Of a stretch of 64,000 nt of DNA, positions 24,238-38,029 are shown piece by piece. The stretch comes from Camelus dromedarius (lineage: Eukaryota), in assembly GCF_036321535.1 (NCBI RefSeq), contig NC_087437.1, forward strand, positions 76,510,001 through 76,574,000. The letters run 5' to 3'. The position numbers were made by a program, and so were the translations under genes. The notes beneath the pieces are model-generated. The model was not told the DNA's origin. It was given only the letters and a program-made list of their open reading frames with translations, and searched no databases. How positions within the stretch are numbered: position 1 is the stretch's first letter; each line of letters opens with the position of its first letter.

Positions 24238-25299
24238 CGGCAACACTAGTGAAAACCCTCTAAAGATACATCATAATTCACTCAGTGTGTTTTTATAAAC
24301 TGTTTATAACAAATAATAAAATTAAGTGGAATCAAACCATCCCTTTGCACTCTGGTTCTTAGAATATTCTCTTTTCAAATCCGTGCCTGCTTCCTTCCCC
24401 TGGTGAACGCAGAGGCAGCTGTTCCCTTGGTGCGCCTGGGTCATGCCTGCTACAGGTTCGGTGAGGTTTCTGCATCAGTCCAGCCAGCGGAGAGCAGCTG
24501 TGGCCCAGCTTCAAGGCAGCAGTTCTTCAGGCCACCTGTTACAACAAACGACACTAGGACACTCCCAGGCAATCTAGTCTCTAGTTCTTTCCTCCTCCAT
24601 CCCTCAGTGATAGCACTTAGTAATTGGAAGCAGCATAAATTACTTGTCAACAGTAAATCTCTATGAAGAAAAGCAGCTGTGTTGTATGGAAGGGACCTAG
24701 TTTTATTGGGTAGTTCCCTTCCTCCTCGTCAGTGAAAACCACTGGAGAGAGAGAGAAGTGGGAGGATGGGTGATAAAATTCCCCTGCAGGCCCCCCAGGA
24801 GAGGCCTCTACAGCCAAAGCAAAATCAGGATCTAAACAGAGATCCTGCTAATGTAGGCCAAACCCAGAGGTGTCAGGATAATTGAGGATGAGAGTTTCTT
24901 TGTTCTCGCTTCCCACTCCCTGCTATTTTCTCCTGTCTCAATCCTCCCGTTTAGCTTTATCCTCAACAATTGCCCTACCTTTTTAACATTCCAAGAATAC
25001 CTCTAAGCATCGACCTCTTCCTGTGTACACCCACCCACTCCTGCTCAATAGTCTTTTGTGACTTGGTTTACTGAGCAGATAGACTGATTTAGAGTCGTGC
25101 TTACAGTTCAGTTCTTTGATGACAGGGGACCAGAACCTGCAGGCAGGCACACTCAATGGCATGGAGCAGAGCTCAGGGAGGACAAAGGGCTGTTGAGGGC
25201 ACAGAATCCAATATGCTGGTGATGGGTGTAAGCCTTTGGCCTTTATTAGGAAGGTCCAGTGATGACCGTTAAATAAAGCTTACAATGGCTGCATTTAAA

Positions 25300-25480
25300 T
25301 GCTAATGTCATGTTCATTTACTTATTACAGAGCTTTGAGGCAGGTATCATTATTCATCACTACCATCACTGCTTAGAAAACTAAGACTTTTTAAAAAGAA
25401 TTACAGAGAATTCCACAGTTACTAAACTATGGTATCAAGATTCACACCCAGGTTTGATTCCCAAGTCACTTGTCTTACGA
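25300..25480 (-). mobile_element. MIR SINE
   Basis: ctttgaggcaggtatcattatt...gattcacacccaggtttgattcccaagtc. Confidence 0.55.
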
Positions 25481-26029
25481 CAGTGGCCTGCTTCCCTTAT
25501 GGGTGGTCTTAGCAGATGGGCACGGCATGAGCACAGACAGGTCTGGCAACAAGACAACACATGTGTATGCAGCCAGGTAGCCATATGGTGGGCATTAGGA
25601 AAGTCTGGTTGGAAGTAATAGAACATCTGCTGTGGGCCTAAGGTTCATGGGCAGGATCTGAATGCTGAAAGTGTGGTCAAAAACCAAGTGGGTCTAGTTG
25701 TAGGAGAATGAATGTTCTTGGCAGCTATCAATTGCAGGCCCTCTATCTGAGTAGAAGTAATTATCTGGAATAGAACATGGTGGGATGAGTCCCAGCAGCC
25801 AGTTCCTAAGAAGAAATAGGGACAAGAATAAAGTGGGGACAACAAGGAAGTGAGAAAATTGTTTCATTTTCACTTGAGATATGGACCTGTGAGTTGTGGA
25901 ATTCCCTCTGATGAGTGCAGAACTGGTCCCAGACCAGGGTGTGATGGAATCTGAAAGTGGGGAATCAGACAAAGAGGGAACATTTTCTAGGGCTTCCCTT
26001 TGTGGTTGTAGGAATTTCAGAGGAAATTA

Positions 26030-26830
26030 TAAAAATAAGACTCAAGTATAAAAAGGATCCTCTAAATCATGCCTCTGTGGTGGAACAGAACATTGCATGA
26101 AGGCGTTATGCTTCCTGTCTCTAGGACTTTTGAAAGCATCCCTTTGCTTACAGGGCCTTTGATGACTTTGTTTGCACTTCTTCACTCTCACTCTGGCCCT
26201 GAAGCCCTCTCTGATGTTCCCCTGTCTAGTTCTCTGACTTCCTCTTTATCAATTTCTCTTTCACTCACTGTTCTCTGTCAGGGTTGCTCAAAGGAAGTCC
26301 TGGTATTTTGGGTGGGAAATTTCTGGATCAGACTGTTTCGAATAGTGCTAGATATTTAGCATCCTTGGCCCCTGTTCAGGAAATAGCAACACCCCCCCAG
26401 CTATCATGTGACCATCAGAAATGCTCGTACACATTTCTAACACTCCAGGGAAGACTTGCTCTGCGGCTTTCTGGCACGCCCTCACTTCAACATGCCAAGC
26501 TCATTCCCGTCTCAGGGCTATCACATTTGCCTTGGATCTTCCACCCATGAAGTTTCATACGGTTCTCACTTTTCAGTCTCCATATCACTGTCTCCAAAAG
26601 CATTTCTCAACCCCCATTCTAAGCATTTATCATGATAAGAAATTATTTTCTTTGCTTCTTTTACTTTCTCTTTTCCCCTCCCCCTCACTATGAACGAAAT
26701 CTTCATGAGAGGGGGGACCTTGTAATTCACATGCATTTCTGTACCTAGACACACAGAGGAGGGCCTGGAGCATAATAGGTCCATAGTAAGTCCATAAGTT
26801 TTTTTCTTAATTTTATGAATTAAAAAGTTG
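26030..26830 (+). mobile_element. L2 relic with a nested hAT MITE (MER20/MER3-like, ~26278-26450)
   Basis: L2 motifs (ctcagggctatcacatttgcc; cttcatgagaggggggacc; gcctggagcataataggt) interrupted by cagggttgctcaa...atatttagcatcc...gtgaccatcagaaatg. Confidence 0.65.
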
Positions 26831-27683
26831 AATTTTGAGTATTATGAATGAAAGGACAGATGATCACTTTCTAAGATCCTATGTAGAAATTTTTGCATTG
26901 CATAGGAAACTGGGTTCCTTATCATCTGTTAGATTCTGTTGCATTCTTTTCTATACGTCTGGAGTTTGAAGGAGAAGACATTCTCCTTGGTGATCTTCTG
27001 CTGTCCTGTTTGCATTTATTTACCTGAACATAAATGTGTCTGTATAGTCAACAGCATAATTAAGTCCCCCTTTTGGAAAAGACATTTTAATGATAAAAGA
27101 GATCTTTACTTCATCAAAATGAAACTGCAGAACATAGATTGATAAATACGTCCTCCAAATATCGAACATATCTTAGTCTTTCCAGGATGACTCGGAAGGT
27201 AATAGAATTAGTGGAGAGGGCTGAGCAAGCTTCTTGATATATTAAAGAAAAACAAAACTCAAGAAGTATTCATTCATTCATTTTAATTACATATCTCCTG
27301 TATTCCCAGCATTCTGATGGGCACTGGGGGAATAGTAATTTGAGGGATCATTTCCTCCAGCTGTCAGTGAAATCAAGGATGGCCCCAGAGGAGGCTTATT
27401 TGGTTCAAAAGCATTTCGGTCCTCTTACACCCCAGGGGTAGAGGGAACTGGAGTGTGGTTAGTTCACTAATGCCGTTGTTTCCAGGTATCTCACAGCCTG
27501 TTTCCAGCCCAGGCTCCGGAGGTTCTTTGAGGGTAGGTAGCTCCAGTCTGCCGAGAAGAGACGGCAGAGGTTGCTTCACGTTTGCTCACTATTTTCAGTT
27601 CAGATACACATGCTTTTTCAGGGTCAAACTGGACCTCATTTCAGAAATCTAACGCTTCATAGCCCCAGAACTCGTACCTCTAC

Positions 27684-28525
27684 TGTGCTAGTCCTTCCTG
27701 ACACTTTTAGATCCACCCCTACCCTTCCCTGCTCTCTTCTGTACCAAGGGGTTGACCCTTGCAAATGACATTTCCCAGATCTCTTGCCAACTAGTGTTGC
27801 TTAAGTTAGGCCAATGTGAGGCACTGGAACAGACCGGAGAGCAGGAAGAGGGAGCAACTGGAGTGTTTTCCCTTTCTCCCTGCCTCGGTGTCCGGCACTG
27901 GCTGTGTCTCCTTTGTGGTTCTAGCTCTTACTGATGACCTCTACCCTGAGCTCCAGTAACACCGTCTGTGATGGTCAAATTTATGTCAACTTGCCTAGGC
28001 TGTGGTGCTAAACACCAGATGTTGCTGTGAAGATTTTTCTGGATGTGATTAATATTTACCATCAGTTGACTAAGTAAAGCAGATTATCCTCCAAAATGTA
28101 GGTGGGCCTCATCCAGTCCTTGAGAGCAAAAACCGAAGTTTCCCAAAGAAGAAGCTATTCTGCCTCAAGGCTGCAGCATATCTTACCTCAATTTCCAGCT
28201 GCCAGCCAGCCCTTCAGATTTCTTACTTGCCAGCCCTTACAATCGCATAAGCCTGTTCCTTAAATCAGTCTCTCTCTCTCCTCCCTCTCCCTACACACCT
28301 TCTCTTGGTTCTGTTTCTCTGGAAACCCCTGACTAATACACCACTTCTTCCCATTGCCTTTTAGGCCTTACGGGTGATAGTGGCTCCCGGTAATTTTATC
28401 TCTGGAACTGCCTCACTGTCTCCTAAAAGCTCCTTAGTGCTTCCAGCTCTTTTGTGAACCAGTTCCCCGCATTCAGTTCTCTCTATTGATCTGTGGCATC
28501 GGTGTTGTCTTCCTAACTGAATTCA
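27684..28525 (+). mobile_element. LTR33-like ERVL LTR split by MLT2
   Basis: cccttccctgctct...gacccttgcaaatgacatttcccag...aggccaatgtgaggcactgg; resumes after 28340. Confidence 0.6.
27967..28340 (+). mobile_element. MLT2-family solo LTR
   Basis: tgtgatggtcaaatttatgtcaacttg ... ggttctgtttctctggaaacccctgactaataca. Confidence 0.9.
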
Positions 28526-28789
28526 ACTTTATCTCAAGGCAGATTTTTAAGTCATTTAAAACCTAAACCCTTAGGACAGGTTGGAGGCCTGTTCCCTTAG
28601 CACTTAAATAAAGAGGGAGAGCACTCAAGAAAACCTTACAAAAAGGAGGCGACTGTATTACTGGTCAATCTCTGTTCCTGTCTAGTTGAGAAGTAACAGT
28701 TGTGGAAGAGAAGAACACTGTTGGGTGGAGCAGACCTTTGGGTGAGGAAGCCGCTGGAGGAGTCAGTGACCTTGGGTCTGCGTGTCGGC

Positions 28790-29710
28790 TTGGGTGGGGA
28801 GAGGGCAGTTAGGTGAGTGTGAGAGAGGAGGGGGGCAGGGCTGAGTGGGCGGGATTCTGGGTGAAGGAGTGGGACTGGGTGTTTGTGTGAGTGTGAGTGA
28901 GAAGGACTCAGTTTGTGAGTTTGTGTGGAAGTGGGACTTGGCATTGTGTGTGTGCACGTGTGTGTGTGTGTGTGTGTAGCTGGGTGTGTGTGCCCACATG
29001 CGTGGGACTGTGAGTGAGTGTGGGTGAGTGCATGTGACTGGCACTGGGTATTCCTGTATAGGAGTGTATGGGACTGAGTGTGAGTCTAGCAGTACACTTG
29101 TGCTATGGATGGAATGTTTCCCAAATTTATACATTAAAAGCTAACCCCCAGTGTAATAGGAGGTGGGACCCTTGGGAGGTGCTCATCACCCATGAGATGA
29201 GTGAGATTAGTGTCCTTATAACTAGTAATATTAGTTATTGTCCTTATAATCTCATGAGTGAGATTAGTGCTCTTATAAGAGTTCGCAGAGAGCTCCTTGT
29301 CCTTCCACTACGTGAGGACACAGCAAAAACACACCGTCTGTGAACCAGGCACGTGGCTCTCCCCAGACACCAAATCTGCTGATGTCTTGATCGTGGACTG
29401 AGTGTGGATGAGAGAGCTGACTAGTGTGCGTAGGGGGCTGAAGCTGAGTGAGGCTGAGCAGGATGGAATGGAAGTCAGCGGGGTGACTGGTCGTGAAGGC
29501 GAAGGAGTGTGAGTGAAAGTGAGGAGGAATGCGAGGAACCGGGATTGCTGTGAATCACTGTGTGAGTAAGCGTGAGTTGTGCTGAGGGATCATTAATGGG
29601 GGGACGGGATGGGGGTGATGGTGTGAAAACGGGGGCCTAGGTGTGGCTGATTGTGAATGTGAGCGTGTGCCCCTGGGTGAGTATGAATAGGACCGAGTGT
29701 GTCTGTCCAC
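28790..29710. repeat. G/T-rich low-complexity tract with a (TG)n microsatellite (~28946-28991)
   Basis: Repeated gtgagtgt/gtgtgt/gggg motifs and strong G skew. Confidence 0.8.
29101..29399 (+). mobile_element. MaLR LTR (MLT1A/MST-like), 3'-truncated, with a small internal duplication
   Basis: tgctatggatggaatgtt...gtgaggacacagcaa...ccagacaccaaatctgctg; atgagtgagattagtg occurs twice. Confidence 0.85.
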
Positions 29711-30624
29711 AAGCTGGTAGCACTGGGAGTCAAAGAAGTGAGCTGAAATCAAGTAGGCGTTTAGAGATCCGGGGACAGAATCCAGGATTAGGATCCAAAG
29801 CAAGGGAGCTGCTAACTTGGCAGGGGCCAAGAGGACATAGTTATTGTAGAACAAGTTAAGAAGAGAAATCATTAAAATTGATGAGAACAGGAGGGCAGGG
29901 GGTAGAGAATAGGTCAGTCTATACCCAGCAGCATAAGCACTTGGGCCCCATCAAGTTAGAAACCAAATAGACACCTGGGTGGCAGACATGACATGCAAAC
30001 TACTGGGAGAAACCATCCTGGATGCTTTTTGTTAGAGCACGAACTAACTCCAGGGTGTAGACCCCTCAGTGCTCATTACGGAGACCAGGTAGGTGACTGA
30101 AGGCCCAGGGAGGGGAGAGACGAAGTCCTGTCAAAAGAATTAATTTGTTTAGTTAATTGAGCTTTTAATTTTATCTCCTCTCACCTCCAGTACACAGAGA
30201 AACTTGAAAAATTTTATTATCACAGAGATCTCAACAGACACATCAAAGAGATTCCATGAGGCAGGCTGGTCTCGGCAGTCTTGCCTTTTCTTCCATCTCT
30301 GAGCAGCGTGCATCCTGTTATGCTTTTTGCCTCCCCTGCCCTGTCCTCTTTCTTTCAGGCTCACTTGTGTTACAGAACTAATTTCTTACAGTTAAAACTA
30401 AAAGAGAGATCATTGCTGTTAGATAAGTAAACACATAAATACAATTGAACACCTAGGTCATAGCTACATGTCAGGATTGTTTGTAGTAAGTTATATATAA
30501 GGGTGATTTAGAGGGAACGTGTGTCTTTCGTATACAACAAATAGCCAAAATATTGATGTGGCTGCTAGATAAGTTTCCATTGGAACCAAAGAATATAATA
30601 TATAATAATTTATAGATGATAAAT

Positions 30625-30762
30625 CAAAAGTTTGTTAGCAAGTTCCAAGAACCCCCTGAAATCATATGCAAAACCTGAATATGCATTTTTCTGGATGGAG
30701 CATCCATACTGTGTATTAAAGTCTCAAAGGGAGACTCTGACTTTCCAGGGTTAAGAACCACT
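30625..30762. mobile_element. MER103-like hAT-Charlie MITE
   Basis: tttttctggatggagcatccata...ctcaaagggag...ggttaagaaccactg. Confidence 0.65.
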
Positions 30763-31242
30763 GTTTTAGAGGTTACCTTCTCTTACAGCTCTTGGTGGGC
30801 ATTCCGTCTTAGTGATTTCACTGAAGCTGCTCCTGCTGCTTTGCCTAGCGCTGTTTCGGTCTAGGCCTTGGCCTTCAATGGATTGCTGTTTCAGAAGATT
30901 TTGCAGTCCTTAGAATCAGCATCAAGGGGAGAGAAAGAAGAGGGAATTTGCCATCTATTCACATTAAAGGCAATATAAATGAATTCAGCTTATCTGTATA
31001 TATAAAATTTTTTTTTGTTGTATCAGTTTCCATGGGAACTAGTTCTTTAAAATATCTACTCTTTTAGAACTTAAGTTTGTTCATTCAGTAACGTATTTTC
31101 AGGTATCAGCATGCCAGTCATTTTGCTCATTTTAGAGAATATTCTTTCAAAATTGAGAAAAGCTGCTCTCCCTAATTGACTATTTCTTTTTTTCTGTGTT
31201 GTAATTACCAAGGGGGAGTTGCATCAATTTTAATAGTCTGTG

Positions 31243-31410
31243 TAGGGGTAGATCCAGATTTGTGGGCCTTATACAGTTTTGGGCCCCTCTTTGAGAAAAA
31301 GAATAAATATTATGCATATGACAGTGCTAGGGACTTAATCTGGGCCTTGGGCAGGTGAGGGGCCTTAAAGCTTGGGCATCACCTAAGGTGTCATTAGCAT
31401 CACCCCATGT
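31243..31410. mobile_element. hAT-Tip100-like MITE relic
   Basis: aggggtagatccagatttgtgggcc...gggcccctctttgagaaaaagaata...ggggccttaaagctt. Confidence 0.5.
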
Positions 31411-32774
31411 GAATATGCACATGTGGGGAACCAACCTATTTAACTTTTTAATGTTGGGGTCAGGGTTTAACTTTGGTCATTTTGTGTATTTTGAATATAA
31501 GTCCACTCTTAAGAAGAGCTACCTGGCCAAATTGTTTATTCAATGTTAGCTTGAGGGATTTTTGCAAATTTAAACTATGCCTGAAATCCACAAGAATTTA
31601 AGTACCATAAACATCTATTACCAAATGGGCAGCTTGGGGGAGAGCTGGTTCAGTTTACAAGTTCAAAAGAAGAGGGAAAACTGACTCTAGAAACTTGTTC
31701 CCTTGATATGCTCAGAGAAATGTCCTGGTTTAGAAGGAAAAAACATAAAAAAGAAGCTTTGTTCTAGAAGTCAGGTTTATCTTTAGGAAGAGGATTGTTT
31801 CATACTCCTTAGCTCTGAATAAATTAGTAGGGAGAAAACCAATGCTATCATGAAACTATCAGTGGGACTTAGTTGTTTCAAAAATAACTGTGAATGGGAT
31901 AAGAAAGAAAACAAGTGAACAAGAGAGATTGGAAGGAGTTACACAGAAATAAAGTTTCATATACAAACAAATGTTGGTGTGGTCATACAAATGGAATTTC
32001 CAAATATGCCGTTAATAATTTCATTTTATGATGAATTTGCAGGCTGCTAAGGATTCTGAATTTATTGAAGAATTATCTGATTGCAGAAAAGAAAAAAAAA
32101 GCTTGACTGACTTTGAGAAGCAACAGGCTTAGGAGAAAAAATACAAAGATATAAAGAAATTCTTACTATAATGTCAAGGTGAAAACATTGCATTTCTTCT
32201 ACTACATAGTCTAAAGATGTCTGGAAAGGAGCCAATCAATTAAAAATACAGCTAGAGGGAACTGTTCAAGGAGAAGGCTTATGGCAGTACCAGTCCATAA
32301 ACACTATCATTCTCTTTTTCTCTTCCCAAGTGAAAAATAAACCTTGATTATCCCTTTATCAAAGAAGGGTACTCATTTGCCAGTGAAATGTGGAAATTTC
32401 ATTTCCTGGATGGCATAGTATCCAATTATTCTTATAGAAAATAATTTTATTTTTCTGTTATATGCTTTAAAAAGATATAACATTTCCTTGGGTGTGATTA
32501 TTCTTTTTGTGTGTGCAAATTACCCCATTTAGGGTAACATTTAAAACTCTGCTATGATTTCTTGAGGGTTTCTGGTTTGATTAGGACATCTGAGTGGATA
32601 ATTAAAGTAAAGTGTTAATGGGGTGACATAGAAACAATACTCAAAGGTGGTCCCCACCCAGGAATCTTATAAAACTTCAAACTGTATCATACATTTCTCA
32701 TTGCTATACATACATACATATATGTGTGTTTATATACCTCGTGGGAAGGGATGGGTTTAATCAGTATAATTTTT

Positions 32775-33159
32775 GCAGTAGTCATTAATAAAATTCTCTC
32801 GGTATATCTGTCACTTCATCTTTTGGGCTCATGGTAGGATTGAATTCCGTAATTCTATGGCCCTCTTACGTATCTTACATCTGGATTTGGATCATGTGAC
32901 TAGTTCTAGCTAACTACTAGCAAAGGTGATGTTTGTTACTCTGGCTGATTGCAGGGCTCACTAGATCTGTTTTACTCCGTAATGTTTGAAATGGTGGCTG
33001 TTTTATAAGTCTTGGTTTCTCAGTGACTGAGATGAAAGGAATCCCTGGCTGACCTATTATGGACATATCAATGAGTAAGAAAAAAACTTACCTGTTTAAG
33101 TCATCAAAACTTGGGGTTATTTGTTATTGCAGCATGCACTAGACTATTCAGACTTCTAC
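32775..33159 (+). mobile_element. MaLR LTR (MLT1I/J-like)
   Basis: catgtgactagttctagc...atgagtaagaaaaaaactt...tttaagtcatcaaaacttggggttatttgttattgcagca. Confidence 0.75.
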
Positions 33160-33799
33160 AGTTTGACAATAAGGGCTCATTTGGGGATGGTTTACTGAAA
33201 GTATTCTGGTGAGTCAGGTTGGAGAAAACAAATCCCATTTGATACCTGGAGCTGCTATCTCTAGAAAAAAAGGGCAATTGCTTCAATTTTTACAGATTCC
33301 AGATTGTTTTTTTGACTAGGACTCCAAAGAGTTTGTTGTACTGTACGAGTTTTTAGAAATTTAAGCTGAATAAATCACTTGGGAAATCCATTTTTGCCTC
33401 TAGAGCTGTTCACGGACTGCTTTCCGTAGTAGAGACCAGTTCTCACTGTCTTGGATAAGCCTTAAGCATTGCCAGTTTTTCTTAGCAAAAGTGAAGCTTA
33501 TTGTAGCCATAATTTTGATTTATGCTATAACTTAATACAATGCAAAAATTGATAGCTTTTTGAGGGGGTCTCTCATTAAACACATTTTTATTGATTGCAG
33601 AGTTTTATAGCCAAAGGTATGATAGAGAGTGTTGGGGATGCCTAAAAATGCTGAGTTTGTTGGCAGGATCTAGGTGAATCGTAATTTCCAACAGAATGTC
33701 ACTTTTTGGAGGCAGGAGCCAAATGTTATATTGTTTTAGCCAAAATTCTTGAAAAATGAACCTATAATATCTTTCCCTGTTTTTTGACATTTTTACTCA

Positions 33800-35085
33800 C
33801 TGTCATAAAGTTATAGTCACCATCTCCACACCAGTCCTGCTCTGGAAAAGGTCTCTAATTTACTCCAAATCACCAAGTTCTTTGGACACATTTCAGACTT
33901 ATTATTTTGATCTCTCTTTAGCCTTCAAACGGACCTGTCACTTCCTTTTTGAAACTCTTCATCCCTTCATTCCTTGACACCACTCTAAGTTGGAGGTTCT
34001 ATTTGTCTCCATCTTAAAGCTCAGTTGTGGGCATCAGAATTATATTGAAAATACCTGCTGCTGCTTTGATTAAGATCCTCTGTGGGGCTCCGACATTCAA
34101 CAAGCAAACAGAATTCATCATCTTCCCCTTTCCAAGCATCTCCACCTCAAAATCGGTTCTTTCTTTTGTGTTTCCATCCTTGATGAATGAAACTTCCATC
34201 TGTTGAGCTTATTAAACCAGGAACATGGGAGTCCTTACTGATCCTTCATATGTGTTTCAATCCCATTGTTTTGACTGCCTACATATTTCTTGAATTTATC
34301 TTTCCCTCTATATCCTTTGTTAAAGCTGCCATATTCCTCTTTGTCTTTTTTATTCCATAAATTAATACAGCAGTTTCCTAATCAGGTCACTTTCCTCTTG
34401 TCTTAGATTTCTAATTTATCTTTCATGGGAACGTCAGAATGATCTTTCCAAAGACAAATCAGAACATTTCACTCCTTTGAGCAATACCCATCAGTGGTTC
34501 TCCATTGATTTAAAATTATACTCCAAACTCTTTTGCACAGCACAAAATGACCCTTAGAATGACTAGCTTCCTGAATTTTCATTTGTTGCTGTCTCCTTTA
34601 TGTATACTCGGGAATTTTTTAGGTCTCCAAATAGCTACATCTTCTTTTACCTTTCAACTAGGTTGTTCCTTCTGCATCAGACAGTGTGACCAGAATTGTC
34701 CTAGTGTGCCTAGAATTTACCTGGTTTTAACCCTGAAAGTTTCCCCGACCCCGCAACCTCTCCTTGCCAGGCAAACAGGATTGGTTTATCACTCTAGCTC
34801 AGAATGTCTCTTTCTCCTTAGTCTTCCTGATTTGTTCTTCAAGAGTCTGCTTAAACTGACTTCTTCTAAAATCCTATTCCAACCCAGTTTTTGCTGTAGG
34901 CTGAAATGTATCTGCATATGCCAAAAGCAAAGGGATTACCACATTCTACTTTCATCTGGTTCTGCTACACTTTGTGTTCTTTGAAGAGAGACACTATTTT
35001 ATTCGTCTTTACATCTCTTCAAGTCATACACACCTAGCATAGTGTTTAGCACATCGTAGGCCACTGATAAATATCGCTTGTACAG
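33800..35085 (+). mobile_element. L2 LINE relic
   Basis: cacttcctttttgaaactct; cattcaacaagcaaacagaattcatcatcttcc; cacctagcatagtgtttagcacatcgtagg tail. Confidence 0.75.
34681..34796. mobile_element. MER94-like hAT-Blackjack MITE nested in L2
   Basis: agtgtgacca...ctggttttaaccctgaaagt...ccaggcaaacaggattggtttatcactct with inverted ends. Confidence 0.7.
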
Positions 35086-35665
35086 TATGAGAAAAACCCA
35101 GAGCATCTATCTTAATGCTATATTTGACAAATATCATAAATACTTTGCTGATTAAGTTAGTCTAGTGTTTCCAAATGTTTCCATTGTTTTCACCTTGAAA
35201 TAAAATGTTTTATTTTTACTCATCTAATTTATTGTCATTATTTAACTCAAAAGTAGTCATTAGTTTTCTTTTTCTTTTAGTAAATCCTTCATCATATGTT
35301 TAACACTCATTTGCATATCTCTCAGCCTTTTCTTCTGTCCTTAAAGATTTAGAGATGTTTGGAATCCTTAAGAATATTTTCAGAAAGGATTTTTTAACAT
35401 TACCCGATTATGCCCCCGAATGAACCAGGTACTGTGAAATGCTAGGTATCAACCAAGGAAGTTTGACTTTTGTTCTCCTGAAGCTTACAATCCAGGCAGT
35501 GAAGCAAGCATGTAGAATTGAGTACAGAATATTTTCGTAAGGATTTCACTTGGCACATGGGCCAGAGAACTAGAGTTCCAAATTATAGAAATATAATCTA
35601 CTGACCTGAGACTCTCTTCCTATAATGTATGAAATGTGCAGTTGATAGTGACAGGTAGAGAGGGG

Positions 35666-36599
35666 TGTTGCTTAAGAAAAAACCCCATTGTACCTCCTGT
35701 GTTTCTCCTTTACTCCCACCCTACTGTCACACTCAGGACACATCTGGGCACAAAATGTGTGGGTCTCCCCGCAACCAGGCAGTTCTCTGTGACACCACCT
35801 GGGTGTCCTACAAGGTACTTAATTCTGACACTGTCTGGAGATAGCATCAGATCCCACAGGTTCAGAGCCTCAGTCCCACAAGACTGTTCCCACCTCACTA
35901 CAGAGACCAATCCAGGTTGTCACCTATGCTTCTGATTCACGGGCTGTAAATCAGAGTTTCCCACAGCTTTCTCCTTGGGTTTGATTAATTTTAACTGAGC
36001 AGTTCACAGAACTTAGGAAAACAGTTACTTGTGTTTACCAGTTTATTAATTGCTATAATAAAAGATACAGATGAACAGCCAGATGAAGAGACAAATAGTG
36101 CAAGGTCAGGGAGGGTCTGGAGCACAGGAGCTTCTGTCCCCATGGAGCTGGGGTGCTTCTCCCTTGGGTAGGTGTTCACTGACCTGGAAGCTCCCTGAAC
36201 CCCAAGCTATTGGATTTTATGGCAGCTTCCTCACATAGGCATGTTCAGTTATTAACTTCATTTCCAGCCTCTCTACCCTCCTAGAGAGTGAGAGGTGGGG
36301 CTGAAGATTCCAAGCTTCTAATCCTGGCTTGCTCTTTCCAGTGACCCGCCCTCATCCAGGAGCCATTCAGGAGCCCACCCAGAGTATCCTCTTAAAACAA
36401 AAGACACTCCTTTCACCCAAGAAATTATAAGAGTTTCAGGAGCTCTATGTCAGGAACCAGGGTCAAAGACTGAGTGTTAAGAACAAGCGATGCTCCTAGT
36501 GCTCTCATTACTTAGGAAACTACAAAGGAGTTTTAGCAGCTCAGTGCCAGGAACTGTGTGTGGGCAGGGACCAACATATATATTTTCTCTTATCTCACA
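35666..36599 (-). mobile_element. MER21-like LTR
   Basis: aattctgacactgtctggagatagcatcagatcccacagg...cagtcccacaagactg...atattttctcttatctcaca. Confidence 0.8.
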
Positions 36600-36659
36600 G
36601 GTATATTTGACTTGTTAGTTGCCAGACAAAACCAAAAAAGGCGTAATATTTGAAATAAA

Positions 36660-37221
36660 ATGGAATCTTTCCCTTTTCCTTTTATTGATTTGGTTTAAAT
36701 TTTAGCTGTCCTATTTCTAATTTTAAAGAGCCTTTTGTCTCCCATTGTTCCTTTTCAATAGCTCTCTGTTCTTTGTTATTAGTGTAAACTCATTTCTCAG
36801 AGAATGTTAATGATAATTTGTTTTTTTTTATGCTTTATTATACCCTGCATCACCTTTATTTCTTCTGTATTCCTATTTTGTTCTGCTTATTTTTCCCATT
36901 AGGGGATTCTTTCAAATGCTGGTGATACTTGGCTGTCCATTTATATTGAGTGAGGTGATAGAAAGTTAATTGAAACTTTAAGCCTTGGGTAAGAGAGATT
37001 TATCTGCTGATGACTTATTATAGGGTAATCTGAGAGAACATAGCCTTTTCATTAGGAGCCCTTGAATTTGTGTGTCTTTTCTTTGGGACAATCCTTTTTT
37101 CCCCCCCTAGGGAAGAAACCTTTTATATCCTGCCCTGGGGTAGGGATTTAATGCCTGGCTCCTGGCATTCTAGCATTAGGGAGAGGAAACTCCCCTTCTT
37201 CGGTCCTGTTGTCAGTTTCAT

Positions 37222-37252
<31 letters not shown>

Positions 37253-37450
37253 TATGTCTAGTGTCTTAAGCCGGGGACCTTCAGATCCAGTTTCTCCAAA
37301 GAATAAACCTCTCACCTTTAGGAAGGTGGTAGTGATGGGAGGTTGGTAGTGGGAGGGATAACCACAAATCTGTGAGGCCTATGGATGGGAGAGCCTATGG
37401 ATCTAACCTCTTTATGTATAGATTTTCTTTTTAATTTGTCCTTTTATTCA
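36660..37450 (-). mobile_element. Old L1M 5' region relic
   Basis: ctttcaaatgctggtgatacttggctgtccatttatatt...cagtttctccaaagaataaacctc motifs of ancient L1M. Confidence 0.5.
37222..37249. repeat. C28 homopolymer
   Basis: 28 consecutive C. Confidence 0.95.
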
Positions 37451-38029
37451 CTGTAAGTATGATAGAGTGTGTTGTTGGTAACATAAGCCACCATTTCTAT
37501 AGAACATAGCCAATGCATGAACTGGAAACTAGCTTTCTTATGTAATCTAGAAAAATCACACTGCAAAAATACCTAATCACTTAAAAAATATTCTGTGCAG
37601 GAATTTTCTTTCTTTCTTTTTTTTTTTTTTTTTTTACTAGTTTTCTAGGGTTATTTTGTGTAAAATAAAGATACAACAGTAAAAGCCTTAACATTTTCAA
37701 AGGACCGGTTTTCTGCTTGATCCATTCCCCCCACCCCATCCTTCTTTTTGATGTCAGACATTACTGAGGAAGGAGGTCTTTTTTTCTTTTCTTTCCATAT
37801 AGATATAAAAAACAAACAAACTCTTTCAATCTCTGGGTTTTGTTGATTTTGTTTTTTCATTTTCTCACTTTCTGTTGCCTGTTGGTCAAACCACCCTCAC
37901 TGCTCACTGATTCTGATGAAAATGGCAAGTACTTTCCACTCCTTCACTGCAGCCTTTCTTGGCTTATTCCAACCCATTCTCCACACTGCCACCATGGTGT
38001 TACAAAAACGAGCATAGTCATAACTCTAG

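Noticed and set aside
34547..34984. 145-aa ORF
   Set aside because: Lies entirely within L2 and MER94 relics
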